IMG/VR virus record: IMGVR_UViG_3300036825_000156
Span: 1-32,698 of that record
From: a virus
Taxonomy: Duplodnaviria > Caudoviricetes
Direction: 5' to 3' (one strand)
DNA: 32,698 nucleotides
The translations under genes and the position numbers were made by a program. Below, piece after piece: positions 27,149-32,698 of this stretch. The notes below the pieces were generated by a model, which was not told where the DNA came from, ran no database searches, and was given only the letters and a program-made list of their open reading frames with translations. The stretch's first letter is position 1. Each line of letters starts with the position of its first letter.

Positions 27149-27717
27149 CGGAATGGCAAGACGTTCTTCAGCAAAATATGCCTCGTGGCCGTGCCTGGCC
27201 ACGGGATGAAACCGCAGATTTAACGGCACTTATAAAGGGTGTTAGTCACCGTTTAAATCGCCTTGAAATCAACGCGGATTTATTGCTGGCAGAAATGCGA
27301 CCGGAAACTACCGTGCAACTGCTACCCGAGTGGGAAAACTATTTGGGATTGCCGGAATGCAATATTCCCAATGATGACTTCCTAACTCGCAGAAAGGCCG
27401 TGGTTGAGAAATACCACCGGAAAGGCGGACTTGCTCCCTGGCAGATAGAAAACGTCGCCACCGCACTGGGATTCACTATAGAGGTGAAGCAAGTATTGCC
27501 GCATCACTGCCTACGTAATTGCATGGCCAGGATTTACCCGAAGCGCTACCGGTTTTTATTGGTCATTACGGTCAAGGATACTCCGGTAACCAGATTCACG
27601 GTTATTGAGGATGTATTGACGCCGTTAATTGAATATCACACCCAAATGCTGGAATGCGTATTAACAAAATATCGCCTGGCCGGTACGGGTTACGAATATA
27701 TCTTTGAGGTGAATTAA
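27133..27717 (+). CDS. Baseplate wedge protein (Mu gp48, DUF2313/YmfQ)
   Basis: PRGRAWP, L..E..P.TT..LLPEWE..LGLPEC, LGFTI, LEC.L. Confidence 0.92.
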   Translation: MAHSVTEWQDVLQQNMPRGRAWPRDETADLTALIKGVSHRLNRLEINADLLLAEMRPETTVQLLPEWENYLGLPECNIPNDDFLTRRKAVVEKYHRKGGLAPWQIENVATALGFTIEVKQVLPHHCLRNCMARIYPKRYRFLLVITVKDTPVTRFTVIEDVLTPLIEYHTQMLECVLTKYRLAGTGYEYIFEVN

Positions 27718-28469
27718 TGTTCCATATTGACAACGCCAGCAGTGCGGCAGTAATGCCACCGGTTCACCAGCAATTATTCGCGCAGTCGCGATGGTTTACT
27801 GAAGGCGGTGAAGGCGTTGAGCCAACTTACCCTGGTAGCGATTGGTTCAACATAATTCAAGCTGAAATGCTTAATGTACTGAAGCTGGCAGGTATAGCGC
27901 CAAACAAAAGCCAGCTCGACCAATTCGCCCAGTCCATACGACTGATGTCCTCTGACTACATGATGCCTGTGGGCATCCCTTACCCGTGGCCAGGTTCTTC
28001 AGCCCCGTCCGGATTTGGGTTGATGCTAGGACAGCCCTTCGATGGTGTAGCTTATCCGAAGCTGGCGTTGGCTTATCCCGGCCTGGTCATTCCCGATCTG
28101 CGGGGACAGACAATCAAGGCATTACCAGCGGCCAACAGGGCATTGTTGAGTTATGAAGCGGACGGCAATAAATACCACGCTCACGGCTTAGAAATCGACG
28201 GTACAGACTTGGGGACTAAGGAAACATCAACGGATCCAGGTCATGACCACCAAGGTGGTGTTGCAGCACCTGGGGCAGTTTACGCGCCATTTTATACCGG
28301 TACGGATAACACCGGCGACTACAGCAAAAACATGACCAGTTGGGCCGGACAGCATTTGCACAATATCGTTTTAGGCTGGCATGGCCATAACGGGCGTGTA
28401 CTTGCTGATGGCAACCCAGAAACAACGGTTAAAAACATTGCATTTAATTACATCGTGAGGCTCGCTTAA
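27717..28469 (+). CDS. Short tail fibre: Mu gp49-type anchor, collar domain and HxH needle tip
   Basis: MFHIDN...WFTEG...WFNIIQAEMLNVL anchor; PVGIPYPWP...YPKLALAYP...PDLRG collar; four HxH motifs; ends TVKNIAFNYIVRLA like lambda Stf. Confidence 0.92.
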   Translation: MFHIDNASSAAVMPPVHQQLFAQSRWFTEGGEGVEPTYPGSDWFNIIQAEMLNVLKLAGIAPNKSQLDQFAQSIRLMSSDYMMPVGIPYPWPGSSAPSGFGLMLGQPFDGVAYPKLALAYPGLVIPDLRGQTIKALPAANRALLSYEADGNKYHAHGLEIDGTDLGTKETSTDPGHDHQGGVAAPGAVYAPFYTGTDNTGDYSKNMTSWAGQHLHNIVLGWHGHNGRVLADGNPETTVKNIAFNYIVRLA

Positions 28470-29353
28470 TGGGTAATTTCTCTTTCTCCGAAACCGACCA
28501 GGCATTGTGGGTCTACCACTTCGACAACATCGGCGTGTTTATCGGCAGTGGCCTGATGATGGTGCCTGCTGGAACCGGGCTGCCTGCCAATACCACGACG
28601 GTGGAGTGCAAACCGACCGAAGGGAATACCGGCATGTGGAACGGCACGAACTGGGATTACGTGAAAGATAATCGCGGCGTGCGTTACTGGAATAAATATG
28701 GCGTGGGCAAAGTGGTGCTGTCGGTGGCGGAAATTATTCCTGATGATGCCATATATATTGAGCCACCAAAAAAAGAAGCCGGTCACGTGGTTATTTACCA
28801 GGACGACCAATGGCAGGTTATCCCTGATAATACGGGCAAAAAATATTATGACCGTTATGGGACAGTTTATATCGTCCCTGATGCGTATTTCACTCTACAG
28901 CCTGACTGCACAATGGAAGCGCCTCCCGAAAATAAAACCGGTTATGCGGTCTACTTCAATGGCCTCGAATGGACTTACCTGGAAGATTTCCGGGGGCAAA
29001 CTGCCTACGTGAAAAAGAACGGCACCGCCATTACCGTGACTGACCTCGGGCCACTGGCCGAGGAGTATACATTTGCCCGTCCTGCAACCCCTTATGACGA
29101 ATGGGTTGATGGTGCCTGGGTTACCAACACGCAGGAACTGAAGGCGCAGCAGGTTGCCGATGCCAGGGCCAAAAAGAATCAGCTTTGGATCGAGGCCAAT
29201 GAGGTGATCGGGACATTGTCGGACGCCATCAAGTTCGGCATGGCAACCGAGGATGAGAAGCTCAAATTCGATGTCTGGTCTGAATATCGCGTCTTGCTCA
29301 TGCGTATTAACGCCGACGATGCACCAGATATTAACTGGCCGGTGAAACCGTAA
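28469..29353 (+). CDS. Tail fibre assembly protein (Tfa family), internally repeated
   Basis: GTGLPANTT, three W..V.D.RG-type units, C-terminal L.DA...GMATEDE......W..YRVLL.R......APDI.WP.KP. Confidence 0.92.
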   Translation: MGNFSFSETDQALWVYHFDNIGVFIGSGLMMVPAGTGLPANTTTVECKPTEGNTGMWNGTNWDYVKDNRGVRYWNKYGVGKVVLSVAEIIPDDAIYIEPPKKEAGHVVIYQDDQWQVIPDNTGKKYYDRYGTVYIVPDAYFTLQPDCTMEAPPENKTGYAVYFNGLEWTYLEDFRGQTAYVKKNGTAITVTDLGPLAEEYTFARPATPYDEWVDGAWVTNTQELKAQQVADARAKKNQLWIEANEVIGTLSDAIKFGMATEDEKLKFDVWSEYRVLLMRINADDAPDINWPVKP

Positions 29354-29363
29354 GGGTCATTCT

Positions 29364-31577
29364 ATGTTCCATATTGATAATAAAAGCGGCGTCACCAAAA
29401 TGCCCGACGTCGGTGAGGTATTAAGCGATCAAACGCTGTTCTTCACCGAAGAAAAAGATAAGGCCACCTGGCCGGGGGCGTCCTGGTTCAATATCATTCA
29501 GTCCGAGATGCTGAATATCCTGAAGGCGGCCAACATCACGCCCGAGAAAGGCAAGCTCAACCAGATTGCCACGGCCATCATTCGGATGCGTGAGACTGGC
29601 AAGATTTACGACACGCCGGAGGAAGGCGTAGACCCGATTGGCGGCGTACCAAACGGGTATTACTACAACGTCCTGTCGCCAAACGATAAGCTTGTTTACA
29701 CGCTGTACAAGAACGTCAACGGCACCCCGGTGTATCTCGGCAAAACGTTGCCGAGTGGCGAATTTGTGCAGTCCATCGCGGACATGATCCGCCAGGCTGA
29801 TATCAACGCGGACGTCACTCATGACTTGGTTGACGCTGATGATTTTTCCCTCTGGCGTCTCTATTCAAACGGGGTTTTTGGCACCCTTAAATCGCTGTTG
29901 GCTCCGGGTGGAATGTTCCTGGAGGACTTGTCCCTTTTCCAGTCTGAAGGTAAAGGCGCATTAAGATACCAAGACCCGGACGCCTTCCAGATTCAAATCA
30001 TCGACGACCATGGCGTGGTCGCACCCGAAGCCTTACAGGGCTACGGAAAATTCGCCACCGACCACACAACTAATGCCTGGCTGCGTATTCAGGATATGGA
30101 CGGCTTTTTTAAAGACATCATCGACATCGACGGTAACCCGATAGGTGGCGGAAATAGCGGCGTAAGCGAGTTCGATTTGGTGGCGTACGACGCGCAGAAC
30201 AAGGCCTATTCGCAGTCGGTGCGTGACCGCTACAACGCCGATATTCAACGACTGGTGTCTGCCCTGAACCATCTGTTGATCTACAGCCAAAGCCTTGGCA
30301 CGCAGCAGGAAGGCCATCCATCCCTCAGTAATGACCCTATCGACGGTTACGATAATCTGATGTTGGGTGACAGTGTTCGCCCGAACAGTCGCACTGCCGC
30401 CGAGTTCGTGCCGGTCGGAGAGGCCGCACTGAAACCGCTGAAGGCTGTGGTGCAGTCGGGGGATGGTAGTGAAGTCCTCACAGCCGCAGAAAGTAACGTA
30501 TTGGCCTTTAATGCGAGCAATGAAGGCGAAGGCGGCGCAGCCCTGGGCAATTTCCTGCGCAAGCTATGGCTGCAAAAGAATTGCCTCGAGCGGGATCCTG
30601 CGCGGCGCTTCGTGGTGTCCAGCACTGGCGTGAATGGGCGTACCATCGAAGAACTGTCCAAGGGAAGAAACCCTGAATTGTACCAGCGCCCCCTCCAGGC
30701 GGTGAAGCAGGTCAAGGCCATCGCTGACCAAATGGGCGTCAGCTATGCCATTGCAGCCTTTATATTCATCCAGGGCGAGTGGAACTACAACGGCACGCGC
30801 GGTGGTGTGCAGACCAAGGTCGGATACCGTGGAAAGCTGGATACACTGCTACAAAAGAACATGACCGACGATATGGCCTATGGTGTTGCCGGTCAAAAAT
30901 CGCCCCCAGCCATTTTTATGTACCAGACCGGTGGCGGGTATACCGTTGATACCTACGAACTGGGGATCGGGATGGCACAGTGGGAGTTCTGTAAAGAGAC
31001 GCCAAACGCTTACCTGGTCACCCCGGCGTACCCATTCCCGGATAAAGGCGGTCACCTTACCAGTAACGGTTACCGCTGGATGGATATGCAATTTGCCAAG
31101 GTGATGCATCGCGTGCTGAACGAGGGGCAAGGCTGGGAGGCGCTCGGCCCCATCCGCATCATCCGTATTGGTCGGGTAGTCTATGTGCTGTATCACGTCC
31201 CTAGCCCTCCACTGCAATTCCGCCCGTCTTATGTAGGACGTGTGCCGACGATGTACGCGGACAAAGGCTTTCTGGTCAAAGACAGCGTTGGAACAGTGCC
31301 TATCGAGTCGGTGGAAATAGCCGCTGACACCATTATCAAAATTACCCTGGCGACGGTGCCTGTAGGCGCGGCAAAGCTCTGGTATGGCGATAAGGCTACC
31401 CATAACGGCAATGGGAATGTCTTTGACAGTGACAGCTTCGCGTCGCTGGCAAACTACGAATATCACGCAGATTCGAACCAAGCTGCGGATGAAAATATAG
31501 CTGAACTGGTCGGCAAACCTTACCCCCTTAACAACCCATCGGTGCAATTTTGCGAACCGATTGAGATTGGAGAATAA
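29364..31577 (+). CDS. Second receptor-binding protein: fibre anchor, tailspike-like linker and SGNH/SASA-type esterase domain
   Basis: N-terminus paralogous to 27717..28469; SGNH blocks IYSQSL, GVNGRTI, FIQGEWN and DKGGHL. Confidence 0.8.
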   Translation: MFHIDNKSGVTKMPDVGEVLSDQTLFFTEEKDKATWPGASWFNIIQSEMLNILKAANITPEKGKLNQIATAIIRMRETGKIYDTPEEGVDPIGGVPNGYYYNVLSPNDKLVYTLYKNVNGTPVYLGKTLPSGEFVQSIADMIRQADINADVTHDLVDADDFSLWRLYSNGVFGTLKSLLAPGGMFLEDLSLFQSEGKGALRYQDPDAFQIQIIDDHGVVAPEALQGYGKFATDHTTNAWLRIQDMDGFFKDIIDIDGNPIGGGNSGVSEFDLVAYDAQNKAYSQSVRDRYNADIQRLVSALNHLLIYSQSLGTQQEGHPSLSNDPIDGYDNLMLGDSVRPNSRTAAEFVPVGEAALKPLKAVVQSGDGSEVLTAAESNVLAFNASNEGEGGAALGNFLRKLWLQKNCLERDPARRFVVSSTGVNGRTIEELSKGRNPELYQRPLQAVKQVKAIADQMGVSYAIAAFIFIQGEWNYNGTRGGVQTKVGYRGKLDTLLQKNMTDDMAYGVAGQKSPPAIFMYQTGGGYTVDTYELGIGMAQWEFCKETPNAYLVTPAYPFPDKGGHLTSNGYRWMDMQFAKVMHRVLNEGQGWEALGPIRIIRIGRVVYVLYHVPSPPLQFRPSYVGRVPTMYADKGFLVKDSVGTVPIESVEIAADTIIKITLATVPVGAAKLWYGDKATHNGNGNVFDSDSFASLANYEYHADSNQAADENIAELVGKPYPLNNPSVQFCEPIEIGE

Positions 31578-31579
31578 CC

Positions 31580-32323
31580 ATGGTTATGGTGCTTAAATCA
31601 AACGTGTCAGGCGCGTCTATCGTGCGTCCTGATGGCTGGAATCCTCCATTCACAGTGGATGGACTGAAATACGCCAATATCTTTGGCCGTGGCAATCTGA
31701 CTGCCAACCTGGCACCGGGGGGCGCACCTGCGATTGCCCGTGGAAACCCAACGCAAAAAGGAGAAGCCTTTGAATTCTCGACCAATAATTATCTAGATAC
31801 TCGGGTGCCGACTAGCGAAAAAGCCACACTAATTGCTATCGCGAATAACACAGAGTCGACAGCCACCAGCCGCTGTTTCTTTATCTCAAGCTTCAACGGT
31901 GTCACCGATGCGGGTAAATCACTGTTGATGCAAGGTAACGCACCGGCAGCGCTCTACATGTATTCGCATTACAAAGGTACCGACTCCAGTGGAAACCCGT
32001 TTAACAACGCTTACAGCGTGGGGGTGAATACACGAAGCACAAACCGTAACCCTGCGTTCTTCCACGGCCGCGACAAGGGGAATGGGCTAACAATCGGTGA
32101 TTTGACCAACGACCAGGTGAAAAGCTTAACGCCAGGCTCCCCAATCGTCTCGTTCGCCAACCCGGCCCGCACATATCTCATCGGCCAAAGCAATGTTGAA
32201 GGCTCACCTAAGCATCTCAACTATGCTTCATTGATTTATGATCGGGTGCTAAGCGATGAGGAACTAATGGAGGTTTACACGTATTTCCATGGTTATTACG
32301 GGCGCAGGGGGATTCCAGTCTAA
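31580..32323 (+). CDS. Beta-rich partner protein of the esterase spike (LamG/concanavalin-like fold suspected)
   Basis: GGAG RBS; starts just after the spike stop; C-terminal YLIG...LIYDRVLSDEEL resembles the LamG-like IYxRALSxxE motif. Confidence 0.6.
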   Translation: MVMVLKSNVSGASIVRPDGWNPPFTVDGLKYANIFGRGNLTANLAPGGAPAIARGNPTQKGEAFEFSTNNYLDTRVPTSEKATLIAIANNTESTATSRCFFISSFNGVTDAGKSLLMQGNAPAALYMYSHYKGTDSSGNPFNNAYSVGVNTRSTNRNPAFFHGRDKGNGLTIGDLTNDQVKSLTPGSPIVSFANPARTYLIGQSNVEGSPKHLNYASLIYDRVLSDEELMEVYTYFHGYYGRRGIPV

Positions 32324-32331
32324 GGGGGTGG

Positions 32332-32359
32332 GATGCGCACGGAAGTGCGTATTATTCAT
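32332..32359 (+). terminator. Possible terminator of the tail operon
   Basis: GATGCGCAC-GGAA-GTGCGTATT stem with a GNRA loop just after the last stop; weak U-tract. Confidence 0.45.
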
Positions 32360-32402
32360 CTCAAAGTGGTTCACTTATTATGGGAATGGGCGCAATCCGC
32401 CT

Positions 32403-32450
32403 GTTCTCATTTTTCATGAATCAATTTTTCATTTTTCGCGACGCGCAACA
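32403..32450. repeat. Right end (attR) with tandem transposase-binding sites
   Basis: GTTCTCATTTTTC (32403-32415) and TTTTTCATTTTTC (32425-32437) are spaced 22 bp; terminal CA at 32449-32450. Confidence 0.85.
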
Positions 32451-32698
32451 CTGAGGAAACGCCCACCCAGATAGCCGCCAAACATATGCAAGCCGTAGTT
32501 GAACGCCCCGAACACGCCCATCATGGCGTTGGCGTTAGTTTCGCTGAAGCCCAAACGCTTGGTGGCGTACAGTACCAACGTCGAGTACAGCACGGCAAAA
32601 CCCAGCGTGGCGAAGATTTGGATAAAGAACAGTGCCCCGGCTCCCGGGGGAATGGCATGGCGCTGTGGCGCCGTCGGTGTGGAATCTGTCGAAGTCAA
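32451..32698 (-). pseudogene. 5' fragment of a host POT/PTR-like MFS peptide transporter interrupted by the prophage
   Basis: P.G...LFFIQIFATLGFAVLYSTLVLY....LGFS...ANAMMGVFGAFNYGLHMFGGYLGGRFLS matches the first two TM helices of POT-like transporters. The frame runs into phage DNA and stops after VARREK. The true start may lie beyond the window edge. Confidence 0.82.

Larger units (their letters stand above)
1..32450 (+). mobile_element. Mu-like transposable prophage (contractile-tailed); left end and repressor lie outside the window
   Basis: Gene order ner-A-B...mor-lysis-terminase-portal-F-I-T-sheath-tube-tape measure-N-P-baseplate-fibres follows Mu. Terminal CA at 32449-32450 abuts an interrupted host gene. 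Confidence 0.97.

Noticed and set aside
30849-31547. 232-aa minus-strand ORF, and 29421..29822, inside the spike gene
   Set aside because: Antisense shadows of a GC3-biased gene; no invertase or other motif.
27717-32323. Invertible G-segment, shufflon or diversity-generating retroelement at the fibre locus
   Set aside because: No recombinase or reverse transcriptase, no inverted fibre cassette, and the two anchor copies are direct and diverged rather than near-identical repeats.
32289-32474. 61-aa + strand ORF spanning the right end
   Set aside because: Crosses the transposase-binding sites and the phage-host junction; not Com- or Mom-like.
1-32698. CRISPR array, tRNA, rRNA or known anti-phage defence operon
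   Set aside because: No regularly spaced repeats, cloverleaf or recognisable defence domains seen; intergenic gaps are all about 200 bp or less.

Overview
Almost the whole window (1..32450) is a Mu-like transposable prophage with a contractile tail, and all its genes are on the + strand. The order is ner, transposase A, ATPase B, a short early accessory region (DUF3164-like, gemA-like, one Mor/C-family activator), an AT-rich exported-protein moron with a terminator, a lysis region (GH108 endolysin, membrane proteins, TraR-like zinc finger), terminase, portal, MuF, protease/scaffold, capsid, connector, sheath, tube, chaperone, tape measure and baseplate. The left end and the c repressor lie upstream of the window. 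The right end is visible: ...CGCGCAACA ends at 32450 and is followed by CTGAG, which fits the Mu target consensus. The phage has inserted into a host POT/PTR-like peptide transporter gene on the - strand. The most unusual part is the adsorption module. There is no gin, invertible G segment or mom. Instead two genes share the same baseplate-anchor N-terminus: a very short lambda-Stf/T4-gp37-type needle fibre with an internally triplicated Tfa chaperone, and a 737-aa spike with an SGNH/SASA-type esterase domain plus a partner gene. Other signals are a Mu-type -2 frameshift site, a repeated ALN(R/S) putative maturation-cleavage motif, an unlisted 39-aa ORF, several intergenic hairpins and an RMF-like small protein in the lysis cassette. 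All family calls come from motif recognition and synteny, not from database searches.
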